A DNA stretch of 64,000 bases, from the NCBI GenBank assembly GCA_044376115.1, contig JBILLK010000005.1:160001-224000 (forward strand), given 5' to 3'. The number at the start of each line of letters is the position of its first letter. Position 1 is the first letter of the stretch. This stretch comes from Polyangiaceae bacterium. Its GTDB lineage: Bacteria > Myxococcota_A > Polyangia > Polyangiales > Polyangiaceae. Below, one piece after another: positions 20,043 to 29,560 of the stretch. The notes under the pieces are model-generated. The model saw nothing but the letters and a program-made list of their open reading frames with translations, ran no database searches and was not told the origin of the DNA. A program made the position numbers and the translations under genes.

Positions 20043-22610
20043 ATGAATGTGCTTACCAAGTCTGCGGAATTCGTTCAGCGCGCACGTCTCGTCGAGGCCA
20101 ACGCAAGTTTGCTACCGCTTGTCGGCTGCAACCTGGAGGTCGACGCGTGCGGTGGCTACGCGCGCGTGCGACTTCGTCAACGCTTCGAGAATCCGCACGC
20201 AGAGGCGTTGACGGTCCTGTACAAACTGCCGCTACCGGCTGACGCAGCCGTCAGCGACTTCTCCTTTCGCATCGGAGAGCGGCTTGTGCGCGGAAAGGTG
20301 AAAGGGCGTGCAGAAGCGCGTCGCGAGTACGAACATGCGCTCGTCGAGGGGCGGTCTGCGGCGCTGCTCGAGCAAGAGCGCAGCAATCTATTTAGCCAAG
20401 AGATCGCCAACATTCCCCCGCGCTCGACGGTCGAGATCGAACTCGATATTGATCAGCCTCTCGCCTGGCTGACCGAGGGCTTCTGGGAGTGGCGCTTTCC
20501 CCTTACGACGGCACCTCGCTATCTAGGTGGCCGCCTTTCCGCGGAGCAAGAGGGTCGGCTCGCCTTTGCGATCGCCCAGACGGACATCGGTGTTCGCGCT
20601 TCGCTTGCGCTCAACGTGCGAGACCTCGCAACGCAGGCGCGGTCGCCTGAATCGCCCTCCCACCCGCTTTCGTGCACACGCACCAGCTTCGGTCACAGCG
20701 TCGAGCTCGGGGCAGGCAACGCAGCTCAGCTCGATCGCGACATCGTGGTTCGGTGGTGCGCAGCCGCGAGTGAACCGGGGCTCTCTCTCGATGTCGCTCG
20801 CCCGAGCGGCGCCATTGGCGAGAGCTTGTTTGGCCTGCTAACGCTGGTTCCACCGAGCCCCGACCAAAGGCCGACGCCGCTACCTCGCGATCTCACTTTG
20901 CTGCTCGATACCAGCGGTTCGATGAGCGGAGAGCCACTCGACCAGCTCAAGCGAATTGCTTGTGCGTTGGTCGACTCGTTGGCCGACACCGACCTGCTCG
21001 AGATGGTCGAATTCTCTTCGCGGCCAAGCTCCTTTCGCCAACTTCCCGAGCCCGCGAGCCCGCGCCTCAAGGCGGAGGCCATCGCTTGGATTCAGCGTCT
21101 GCAGGCCAACGGCGGAACGGAGATGGTGTCGGGTGTCGAGCATGCGATGAAGGAGCTGCGCCCTGGATCTCAGCGCCAAATCATCTTGATTACCGACGGC
21201 CTCGTGGGCTTCGAGGAGGACATCGTTCAGGCTGTTCTGGCGCGCTTGCCGCTCACCGCACGTCTGCATTGCGTGGGGGTAGGCAGTGCGGTGAATCGCT
21301 CGCTCGTTGCTCCCATCGCGAGGGCGGGCCGAGGAGTGGAGGCGATCGTCGGTTTGGGCGAAGACGGAGCGCGTGCGGCAGCGCGCGTACTCTCCCATAC
21401 AGTGAGGCCGATGCTGGTGGACGTCGTGCTCGAGGGCGATGCACTTCGCCGAGTGGCGCCCAGCCGATTGCCGGATGTGTACGCTGGCTGTCCCTTGCGC
21501 GCCGCGCTGGAGCTCGCCCCCGAAGGAGGTCGGATCAGGCTTCGTGCGCGTATGAACGGGGCTGCGTTCATTCGCGATATCGAGGTTGCTCCGGTGGAGC
21601 AAGGCCGCGGAAGTGGCGCTATCGCAAAGCTGTTTGCCCGGGAGCTGGTTGAGGATCTCGAGATGCAGCTCTCCTCCGGCGGTCACCGAAAAACCGTTGA
21701 GGGAGAGATCGAGCGCGCGGGGATCGCGTTTCAGATCGCAACGCGCCTCAGCTCTTGGATCGCCGTTACTGAGGAACGCAGTGTCGACCCACGAGATCCG
21801 TCAAGAAGGGTCGAGCAACCCAACGCGCTTGCGTACGGGCTCTCTGCCGAAGGGCTCGGTTTGCGCGCCGCCACGCACACAGGGACCTTCGAGGTTGCCG
21901 CGGAGGCGGACGGCTTCGAGGACGACCAGAACGTCAGCTATGCAGCGCAGGCACGGCTGAACATGCCGATAACGCATGCGATGCAGCCCCAATCGGTGGC
22001 GTCCTTCGCTTCAATGGCACCGCCCTCGCAGGCTCCCTCTGCTTATGGCGCCGCCCCACCGCCTCCTGGTTTCCCGAGCGATGCTCCGGCTCCGGCTCCG
22101 GCCCCGCCCGCGCCGTCACGCCCCGTACCTCAAGCCCCGTCAGCGCCGTCACGCGCAATGCCTCAAGGCCCGCCCGCAGGCCGCGCCTATCGATCCCCTG
22201 CCGACGCCCCACCGCCACCTCCTCCTTTGCCAGCTCGCAAGCAAGTAGCGCGAGACGAGGAGAAGGCGAAGAAGGCCGAGCGCCCAACGGCGCAAGTTGT
22301 ACAGCCCGCTGCGCTCATCACCAACGGCCGCCTCGTATTCATCAGCGGCAACGCACTGACCGTGGAGTTTGCGCTCGATCTCAGTCAGGCCGGAACTGCG
22401 CTCTCGTATCAGGAGGTCCGCGCGATCCTGTATCTCCGTAGCGGAGTGGAGTTGGAGTTGCGACTTTGGCCGGAGCACAGCGCTCGCGAAGGAGCGCTCG
22501 CGGTCAATCTTCAGTATCGCTTGACGTTCGTTGCTGACAGGCAGCTTTCCGCGCAGGACCTTCTCGGAATTCGCGTAGCGTTCGCGAACATCCTGGTCGA
22601 GATTCGTTGA
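20043..22610 (+). CDS. VIT + vWA domain protein with Pro-rich linker
   Basis: VIT (QRFENP...YKLPLPADAAV...AALLEQERSNLFSQEIANIPP), MIDAS LLDTSGSMSG, GGTEM, ILITDG. Confidence 0.92.
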   Translation: MNVLTKSAEFVQRARLVEANASLLPLVGCNLEVDACGGYARVRLRQRFENPHAEALTVLYKLPLPADAAVSDFSFRIGERLVRGKVKGRAEARREYEHALVEGRSAALLEQERSNLFSQEIANIPPRSTVEIELDIDQPLAWLTEGFWEWRFPLTTAPRYLGGRLSAEQEGRLAFAIAQTDIGVRASLALNVRDLATQARSPESPSHPLSCTRTSFGHSVELGAGNAAQLDRDIVVRWCAAASEPGLSLDVARPSGAIGESLFGLLTLVPPSPDQRPTPLPRDLTLLLDTSGSMSGEPLDQLKRIACALVDSLADTDLLEMVEFSSRPSSFRQLPEPASPRLKAEAIAWIQRLQANGGTEMVSGVEHAMKELRPGSQRQIILITDGLVGFEEDIVQAVLARLPLTARLHCVGVGSAVNRSLVAPIARAGRGVEAIVGLGEDGARAAARVLSHTVRPMLVDVVLEGDALRRVAPSRLPDVYAGCPLRAALELAPEGGRIRLRARMNGAAFIRDIEVAPVEQGRGSGAIAKLFARELVEDLEMQLSSGGHRKTVEGEIERAGIAFQIATRLSSWIAVTEERSVDPRDPSRRVEQPNALAYGLSAEGLGLRAATHTGTFEVAAEADGFEDDQNVSYAAQARLNMPITHAMQPQSVASFASMAPPSQAPSAYGAAPPPPGFPSDAPAPAPAPPAPSRPVPQAPSAPSRAMPQGPPAGRAYRSPADAPPPPPPLPARKQVARDEEKAKKAERPTAQVVQPAALITNGRLVFISGNALTVEFALDLSQAGTALSYQEVRAILYLRSGVELELRLWPEHSAREGALAVNLQYRLTFVADRQLSAQDLLGIRVAFANILVEIR

Positions 22611-22617
22611 ACCTGCC

Positions 22618-23172
22618 GTGAGCCAAGATCTGGACGTCCATCTTTCTGCAATCGCCTGGGGAAGTGCCGAGGCGTTTGCAGACTTTCTCTCGGTCGCCGA
22701 GTGGCCGTTGCGGCAGAGCTTGCGCAGCTTTGCCACCAGGCTCGATCTCGAGGCGATTGTGCAAGAGGCGTCTCTACGCTTGTGGCAGGTCGCACCGACG
22801 GTTGAGTCCGATGGGCGGGCAAACTCCCTGCTCCGCATGCTCTTGCGAATTGCTCGCAACCTAGCGGTGGATGAAGTGCGGCGGCGACATCGCGAAGAGC
22901 CTACTGCAGTGCTCGAGGCAGCAGGTCCTTTCCCGAGTCCGCCGGACCCTCCGCTCCGCCGTGCGATCGCCGATTGCATTGAGGAGCTTCCTGAGAAACC
23001 GCGCGAAGCTCTGAACGCCAGGCTGAACAGTGATGGCGTCGAGAGTGACGCCGTCCTTTCGTTGGCGTGCAACATGCGACCAAACACTTTTCTTCAGAAC
23101 GTCACGCGCGCGCGCAGGCAGCTCGCGGATTGTCTGGAAAACAAGGGCGTAGAGCTCTTGGGGATCGCTTGA
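22618..23172 (+). CDS. ECF-family RNA polymerase sigma factor
   Basis: EAIVQEASLRLWQ, LLRIARNLAVDEVRRR (region 2), CIEELPEKPREAL...VTRARRQLADCL (region 4). Confidence 0.85.
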   Translation: MSQDLDVHLSAIAWGSAEAFADFLSVAEWPLRQSLRSFATRLDLEAIVQEASLRLWQVAPTVESDGRANSLLRMLLRIARNLAVDEVRRRHREEPTAVLEAAGPFPSPPDPPLRRAIADCIEELPEKPREALNARLNSDGVESDAVLSLACNMRPNTFLQNVTRARRQLADCLENKGVELLGIA

Positions 23173-23173
23173 G

Positions 23174-23434
23174 ATGGCCCTGACAGTTTCCGAACGGGAG
23201 GCGCTCATTGAGCGGTGTGTTACGGCGCATCGCGTCGTAGACCCTCGAGGCGCCCGGCTTCACGCTGCAGCCTTCTACGATCTCCCCGAGGACGATCGTT
23301 TGGAGGTCTTCGAGCAGACGCTCAAACAACGACGGATCGAGGCCGCGCTTCAAGAGAACGGTAGGTCCACCACCGTGTTGGCCGTGTTGCGAGCGATTCG
23401 CGGCGATGGTTCCGCGGGCGATGATGGCGGTTAG
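23174..23434 (+). CDS. small hypothetical protein, coupled to the sigma gene
   Basis: ATG 1 nt after the sigma stop; fills the gap before the DUF885 gene. Confidence 0.65.
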   Translation: MALTVSEREALIERCVTAHRVVDPRGARLHAAAFYDLPEDDRLEVFEQTLKQRRIEAALQENGRSTTVLAVLRAIRGDGSAGDDGG

Positions 23435-23476
23435 TCCAGCGACACGCAGCGCGATCGATTAGCGTCAGCGGCCATC

Positions 23477-25174
23477 ATGCAATCCAGCTCCCCAGTGTTT
23501 GCGCTGAGCGATGCTTTTACCACCGACTACGCCAAGGTGGCTCCCGTGGCGGCATCAATGGCAGGCCTTCCCGGCAGGCCCAGCACCTGGGACGACTACA
23601 GCCCCGACGGCGCGAAGGCTGTGCTCAACCTTTGCGCCGACTACCGGCAACGATTGGCAAAGCTGACGCCGGAGCCGTCGAGCCGAGACGGCTTGGCACA
23701 TCAGGTCTTGGCGGACTTCTTGGAGGAGCGCATTGCGTTTTACGAGAGTTGCGACAACCTGATCGATCTAAACAATATTGAAAGCCCAGCGCAGCACGTT
23801 CGCACAGTCTTCGACGTGATGGACATGCGAGCGGCTGAGGACTGGGAAGCCATTGCCCAGCGTCTCGCAGCCTTGGAAGGGGCCTACGCCAACTACCGCA
23901 GCGCACTCTCGCTTGGGCTGTCCCGCGGCCTCAGCGCCTCCAAGCGTCAGGTCGCGGCTGTCATCGAACAGATGGAGGTGCATGCAGGCGCGGAGTCCAG
24001 CTACGCCGATTTGCTTCGTCAATACGATGAGGCGAAGCTGAATGGCGGTTCGCTGCGTGCCGCCCTCGAGCGAGGGGTGACGACCGCAAAGCGCTGCGCC
24101 TCGGAGTTTGCGGCCTATCTTCGAGAGTACGAGCCTCGCGCAACGTCGCGCGACGCAGTGCTTGAAGAACGTTACGCGCGATCGGTGCGACGCTTTCTCG
24201 GCACCGATTTGGATTTGGAGGCAACCTACCGCTGGGGGTTCGAGGAGATCCGAGCGATCGGTGCCGAGATGGAGAAGACAGCTCGCCAGGTCGAGCCGCA
24301 ACGTGCAGTGTCAACGCACCTGGTCCAGGAAGTGATCCAAGCGCTGCAAGCGGACCTCTCTCGGCAGATCTTCGATCGAGAGATCTTTCTCGCGGAAGTG
24401 AAGGCACGTCAGGAGCAGGCTCTCTCCGACTTGTCGGGGACGCACTTCGACATCCCGGAACAGATCCGGCGAGTGGACGTCAAACTTGGCCCAAAGGGTG
24501 GCCCCATCGGTGCCTACTACGTTCCGCCGAATGAGGACTTCTCGCGCCCCGGAACCATCTACTACTCACCGGCTGAAGGCGCGCCGTACCTGCTCTTTAG
24601 CGAGATTACGACCGCCTACCATGAGGGCTTCCCCGGGCATCACTTGCAGTGTGGTCTGCAAGTGCACTTCGCTGAATCGCTGAGTCGCTTTCACCGGCTG
24701 TTCGTCGTCTCGAGTGGCTACGCCGAGGGCTGGGCACTCTACGCGGAGAGCCTGATGGCAGAGCTCGGTTACTACGAGCGTCCTGAGTATCTGCTGGGGA
24801 TGCATATGGCGAAAATGTTCCGAGCTTGTCGCGTTGTCGCGGACATCGGTGCCCACTTGGAGCTCAAGATCCCCTCTGACTTCGACTTTCACCCGGGGGA
24901 GACGTGGAACTGGGCACTGGTTGCAGAGCTGCTGCAAACCAAGGCACTCATGCCAAAAGCCAGCGCTGAGAGCGAGGCAACCCGGTATCTCGGCTGGCCG
25001 GCGCAAGCGATCAGCTACAAGGTTGGCGAGCGCACGATTCTGGAGTTGCGTGACGAGCTGCGGTCGTCCAAAAGCTTCAGTCTGCGCGCCTTCCACGAGG
25101 CAGTCCTCTCAACGGGCAGCGTTGGTCTCGATGTGTTGAAGGGCCATGTGCGGCGGCGTTTTGCTCAAGGCTAA
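23477..25174 (+). CDS. DUF885 family (metallopeptidase-like) protein
   Basis: AYYVPP...RPG, YHEGFPGHHLQ, YAEGWALYAE, RYLGWPAQAISYKVG. Confidence 0.92.
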   Translation: MQSSSPVFALSDAFTTDYAKVAPVAASMAGLPGRPSTWDDYSPDGAKAVLNLCADYRQRLAKLTPEPSSRDGLAHQVLADFLEERIAFYESCDNLIDLNNIESPAQHVRTVFDVMDMRAAEDWEAIAQRLAALEGAYANYRSALSLGLSRGLSASKRQVAAVIEQMEVHAGAESSYADLLRQYDEAKLNGGSLRAALERGVTTAKRCASEFAAYLREYEPRATSRDAVLEERYARSVRRFLGTDLDLEATYRWGFEEIRAIGAEMEKTARQVEPQRAVSTHLVQEVIQALQADLSRQIFDREIFLAEVKARQEQALSDLSGTHFDIPEQIRRVDVKLGPKGGPIGAYYVPPNEDFSRPGTIYYSPAEGAPYLLFSEITTAYHEGFPGHHLQCGLQVHFAESLSRFHRLFVVSSGYAEGWALYAESLMAELGYYERPEYLLGMHMAKMFRACRVVADIGAHLELKIPSDFDFHPGETWNWALVAELLQTKALMPKASAESEATRYLGWPAQAISYKVGERTILELRDELRSSKSFSLRAFHEAVLSTGSVGLDVLKGHVRRRFAQG

Positions 25175-27267
25175 ACGACGCTACGAAGTAGAGTTTGCCG
25201 CCTTCGCGTTGGCGCCAGTGAGACCGGCACCAAACACATGAACTCATCTTCGGCCATCGGCTTCTCGAACAGGTAACCCTGGGCCTCATCGCAGCCGACC
25301 TCTTGCAGGAAGCGGGCTTGCCAGGCGCTCTCCACACCCTCCGCTATTACGCGAAAACCTAGCCGATGCGACATCTTGACGATGGTCTCGACCATGGCTT
25401 GATCGCGGTCATCTTCCTGCATGCCCCGGACGAAACACTGATCGATCTTGACGTAGTCGAGCGGTAGTTTCTTCAGGTAACGAAGGCTGGAGTAGCCAGT
25501 TCCAAAGTCATCGAGAGCGAGCTTGAGCCCCAGGTCGCGAAGCGACGTAAGGGAGTGAATGGTGCGCCCTGAGTCATTGAGCAGCAGCCCTTCCGTTATC
25601 TCGATGTGAAGAAGCTCAGGGTTGGCACCGCTAGCCGCAAGGGCGTTCTGCACAAGTTCGGGTACGTCCTGTTCGGCGAACTGTCGCGCGGACACATTCA
25701 CCGAGATCGGCAAGTCGATGTAACCAAGGTTGCTTCGTTCCGCGAGGATGTGACAGACCCTTTGGATCACCCAGGCCCCTAGCCCGAGGATGAGATCGGT
25801 CTCTTCTGCGATGGGGATGAACTCGTTCGGGGGGATCGCCCCGCGGTCCGCGTCGGTCCAGCGCAATAGCGCCTCTGCACCGCAAACCATCTGCGAGCCC
25901 AGCGAAACCTTCGGTTGGTAGTTGAGCCGCAGCTCGTTCTTCAGCATCGCCTGTCGCAGGCGCGTCTCGATGTCGACCCGAAGGTGGCTGCGCGTCTCCA
26001 TGTCCGGGGCGTAGTAGCGGACGGTGTTGCCACCTGCCGCATGTGCGCGCCGGGCCGCGATACTCGCATCGCGGAGCAACTCGGATGGGACGGTGGTGTC
26101 GTGGGGGAAGAGCGCAACTCCGATGCTGGGGGTGATCGTCACTGGACGATCCTGAATGTGCATCGGTTTGGTCAGCTCCCCAAGGATCGACTTGCACCGC
26201 GTAACGATCTGCTGCGAGTTGTGGAAGCCGCGGAGCACCAGGGCGAACTCCCCGCCGCCCAACCGCGCAGCCGTTTCATCCGGTCGTATGAGGTTGGTCA
26301 GCGTGAGTCCCATGGTCGTCAGAATGCGATTGCCTTCTTCGAAGCCAAAGGCGTCGTTGAGTAGGTGGAAGCGGTCCAAGTTGACCACCAGCACGGCCAC
26401 GCCTTCGTTGGAACGCATCGCATCAAACACCGCCACCTGCAGGCGGTCGTTGAGCAACCCACGGTTGGGCAGACCCGTGAGCGCGTCGGTATAAGCACTG
26501 CGCTCGAGTTCGCTTTGATATCGCCTGAGCTCAGAGATGTCGCTCATCACAACTTGGACGAGTTCAGCCGCTCCGGGCGTGCGACTTGCCTCGATCACCG
26601 CGGCGAAGGTGCGGCCGTCACGGCGGTGCACCTCGAGCTCTACCGACCCGCCACCATCGCTCTCGAAAGCCCTGGCGATCACATCGTGTAAAGCCGACGG
26701 ATCCTCCCCCGCAACTTCCGTCAGCGATGACCCTTCGAGTCGACCGCTGCCACCAGCCGCGAGCAATTTGGCCATGGCTCGGTTCGCTCGCCGAACGATG
26801 AGGTCCCGACCGACTAAGATCCACGCTGCGGGGCAGTGGTCCACCAACGTGTCGGCGTCGGAGTGTTCGAGGTCGAGCCCCCGAACGCGCCGCAATCGAG
26901 CGAGCAGCGACAGCTTGGCGCGCAGGTCGATGGCATCGACTGGGGTCGTGAGCAGTTCATCCGCTTGCGCCTCGAGGGCTCGTTCGCGCAAAGCCTCATC
27001 AGCCTTGCTTACGAGGACGATCACCTGCGAGTCACGATCCTCTCGTCGCAACGCGCGCAAGAACTCGAGCGGCGTTGCTCCTGCCATTTGCGCGGAACAG
27101 AGCGTGAGCTCGGGCGGCGCATCGGTCATTGCCTGCCGAGCCGCTTTCACGTCGGAGGCGAAGACAGGGCTGTAGCCCTCCGCGGAGAGGAGTCGTTCAA
27201 GCGTGCTCCGGTCTTTGCTGTCGCTGGTGACAACGAGCACGGTCGGCTTCGGCATCAGGGTTCCCAT
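25171..27267 (-). CDS. REC(degenerate)-PAS-GGDEF(degenerate)-EAL c-di-GMP phosphodiesterase
   Basis: DALTGLPNR, RLGGGEF, YQPKV, GAEALLRW, ISVNVS, DDFGTGYSSL, KIDQCF, AEGVE, QGYLF. Confidence 0.92.
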   Translation of the reverse strand: MGTLMPKPTVLVVTSDSKDRSTLERLLSAEGYSPVFASDVKAARQAMTDAPPELTLCSAQMAGATPLEFLRALRREDRDSQVIVLVSKADEALRERALEAQADELLTTPVDAIDLRAKLSLLARLRRVRGLDLEHSDADTLVDHCPAAWILVGRDLIVRRANRAMAKLLAAGGSGRLEGSSLTEVAGEDPSALHDVIARAFESDGGGSVELEVHRRDGRTFAAVIEASRTPGAAELVQVVMSDISELRRYQSELERSAYTDALTGLPNRGLLNDRLQVAVFDAMRSNEGVAVLVVNLDRFHLLNDAFGFEEGNRILTTMGLTLTNLIRPDETAARLGGGEFALVLRGFHNSQQIVTRCKSILGELTKPMHIQDRPVTITPSIGVALFPHDTTVPSELLRDASIAARRAHAAGGNTVRYYAPDMETRSHLRVDIETRLRQAMLKNELRLNYQPKVSLGSQMVCGAEALLRWTDADRGAIPPNEFIPIAEETDLILGLGAWVIQRVCHILAERSNLGYIDLPISVNVSARQFAEQDVPELVQNALAASGANPELLHIEITEGLLLNDSGRTIHSLTSLRDLGLKLALDDFGTGYSSLRYLKKLPLDYVKIDQCFVRGMQEDDRDQAMVETIVKMSHRLGFRVIAEGVESAWQARFLQEVGCDEAQGYLFEKPMAEDEFMCLVPVSLAPTRRRQTLLRSVV

Positions 27268-28893
27268 CTAGCCCTGGTCAGCGAAGGGGCCAGCCTTTTC
27301 GATCTCTGTCACGAGCATGCGCATCGAGACTGGCCGCGCGATGTAGCCAGTGGCGCCAGCCTGCTTGAAGCGCATTTCATCGCCAGGCAGTGAGAGCGAA
27401 CAGGTTGTCAAAGTGGGGACCTGAGCAAGATTGTCACTGTGGGAGTCGCGGAAAGCGCGCAGCAGCTGCAACCCACCACCTTCTGGAATCTCGGCCTCCA
27501 GCACCATGACGTCTGGTCGAAACATCGCCGAGAGGTCGCGGGCTTCGTCGTAGCTCGTTGCAACCAGTACGCGGTGTCCACGGGCGCGGAGGCAGGGTTG
27601 CAACAACGTGTTCACGCTGTCGGTGGGGTCCACGATCATCACCAACAGGTTTTGCCAAGAGGTTCGGGTAGACGGCCTTGCTTCAGTCACGCGATGGGGA
27701 ATACCGACGGAGAAGCGGTTACCGCCCTCCCTTCGCTCGAGAGCCAAGCCGCCGCCGTGCATTGCCGCCAATCGATGCACTAGCGAGATGCCAACGCCAA
27801 GGCCTGCGCAGTGCTGTGACAGCGTTGAGTCCGCCTCTGAGAATGGCGAAAAGATCTTCCGACAGTCGTCGTCGCTCAACGTGGTGCCGGTGTCAGAAAC
27901 GTCGAAGCGAATCGCCTCCCGCTCCGGATCGGCGATGACCTCAAACCCGATGCGCGAGCCCGTATCCGAGAGACGAATCGCATTTTCGAGCATGGTCGCG
28001 ATCATTTGTTGGATTCGTGATTCGTCACCACGAACCGTCTCTGCGCGCGGGTCCAACGCGAACACGATGCGCACTCCCTTGGTCTGCGCCTGATCGCGAA
28101 CCGTCTTCATCGCATTCTCGCTGATGGTGCGCACATCGCATTGACCCATGGCGAGAACGGTGTCGCCCGACTCGATCTTGGCGAGCTCCAGAATGTCGTT
28201 TACTAGCGAGAGCAGGTGCCGGCCGCTCTCATGGACTGCATCGAGCGCTTGCTTTTGCTGCTCGGTGAGCGGCCCAAGGTTCTCCTGCTTCATGGCTTTT
28301 GAGAGTCCCAGCAGGCTGCTTATCGGCGTGCGCAGCTCCTTGCTCATGCTGGCAAGGAACGCCGGATGCGGAACCGACTTGGGGCGCGGAGCTTTGGCGC
28401 CTTCAGTCAAAGCAGCTTGCACCAACTCCGACTCGAGCCAGCGTGACAAGCTCCCGATCATCTCGATATCGCCTTCGTTGAAGGCCGCACGCGGCTTCCG
28501 ACTGGTGAACTCGAGTACGCCCACTGTACGTCCGTCGACAACGATGGGCGCGCCGATGTAGGACGCGTCTCCAAGCTCGCAGAGTCGCTTCGCGTAGGTC
28601 GAGGTCGAAGCCTTGGCGTCATGCACCACCACCACATCGCGCATGGCCACACCGGGCGGGCCAATCAATGAGGGCGGCGGCTCATCTTCCTCGGTCCTTC
28701 GACCATGAACGATCAGTGTGTCTTTGGCTGCCTCGCTGAAGGTCGCGACCTCCAGGCTGAAGTAGCGCAGACCAAGGTGGAGCACCGTGTTCACTGTCTC
28801 GCGTATCGCTCCATCGCGAAGCACCTGGCTTGCACGATCAGCGGGGACGAGCGAACGGGGGCGGGGCGAAAGAGAGTGGACTTCGAGATTCAC
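27268..28893 (-). CDS. GAF-HisKA-HATPase-REC hybrid sensor (pseudokinase)
   Basis: GAF YIGAPIVVDGRTVGVLEF; FLASMSKELRTP; LVNDILELAKIESG; ENAIR; GLGVGISLV; C-terminal REC fold. Confidence 0.9.
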   Translation of the reverse strand: MNLEVHSLSPRPRSLVPADRASQVLRDGAIRETVNTVLHLGLRYFSLEVATFSEAAKDTLIVHGRRTEEDEPPPSLIGPPGVAMRDVVVVHDAKASTSTYAKRLCELGDASYIGAPIVVDGRTVGVLEFTSRKPRAAFNEGDIEMIGSLSRWLESELVQAALTEGAKAPRPKSVPHPAFLASMSKELRTPISSLLGLSKAMKQENLGPLTEQQKQALDAVHESGRHLLSLVNDILELAKIESGDTVLAMGQCDVRTISENAMKTVRDQAQTKGVRIVFALDPRAETVRGDESRIQQMIATMLENAIRLSDTGSRIGFEVIADPEREAIRFDVSDTGTTLSDDDCRKIFSPFSEADSTLSQHCAGLGVGISLVHRLAAMHGGGLALERREGGNRFSVGIPHRVTEARPSTRTSWQNLLVMIVDPTDSVNTLLQPCLRARGHRVLVATSYDEARDLSAMFRPDVMVLEAEIPEGGGLQLLRAFRDSHSDNLAQVPTLTTCSLSLPGDEMRFKQAGATGYIARPVSMRMLVTEIEKAGPFADQG

Positions 28894-29138
28894 GCTAAGC
28901 CCCTAGCGAAAGCGGTGCCAAAGGCGAGTTCCGCTTGGCGAGGGCATCGATAAGGCTTTCCTGCAGAATTCCGCACGCGATAGCGTCGAAAGCGCGACGC
29001 TTCTACGTCATGCGATTGGCGAGCAATACTGCCCACGCAGGCCGACATCGACCGACGTGTGACCCCAGTTTGATACAACTCGCTAGCAAGACCCCCATGC
29101 CTTCGCCAGGCGGGTAGCATTGCGTGCAGGAGTTCGCG

Positions 29139-29549
29139 ATGTTCCGGATCAAGCGGGAGCAGATGGAGTTCTTCAACGCGAAGACGCGAGAGAAGTTCTG
29201 CCAGATGATGGTGGGCTACCTGCGTGAGAGCTTCACAGAGTGGGTGGAGGTCATGTCGCCGGAGGCTCTCAACAGCTGGGTCGAAGCAGCCGTCGACAAG
29301 GCCGACTCGTACCGGGTTCGCACTGAGCCTGAGGCTGCGCAGTTGATCTTGCTGTTCTTGCTTCTAGGAATTGAGGCCGACAAAGAGCTCGAATGGTTCG
29401 GAGCAATCCTTGAGAGCCGCACTCTTGCTGCGGAGGGAAAGGTCCGCCGCCTGATTCGGACGGCTCGCGCAAACGAGGTCGAGGACTTGGAGCAAGTGAT
29501 CGTCTACGCCGAATTTGATGCGGCCCACCCAAGTGAACTTACGGATTGA
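29139..29549 (+). CDS. hypothetical protein resembling the C-terminal helical region of DUF4123 T6SS adaptors
   Basis: AGGAG RBS; FRIKREQMEFF...YLRESF...KADSYRVRTE...W..ILE pattern. Confidence 0.5.
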   Translation: MFRIKREQMEFFNAKTREKFCQMMVGYLRESFTEWVEVMSPEALNSWVEAAVDKADSYRVRTEPEAAQLILLFLLLGIEADKELEWFGAILESRTLAAEGKVRRLIRTARANEVEDLEQVIVYAEFDAAHPSELTD

Positions 29550-29560
29550 GCGGGGACATC

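Noticed and set aside
22035..22065. SAYGAAPPP motif in the VIT-vWA linker as an extra splicease substrate
   Set aside because: YG dipeptides are common; it is far from the rSAM and lacks the YGVP context
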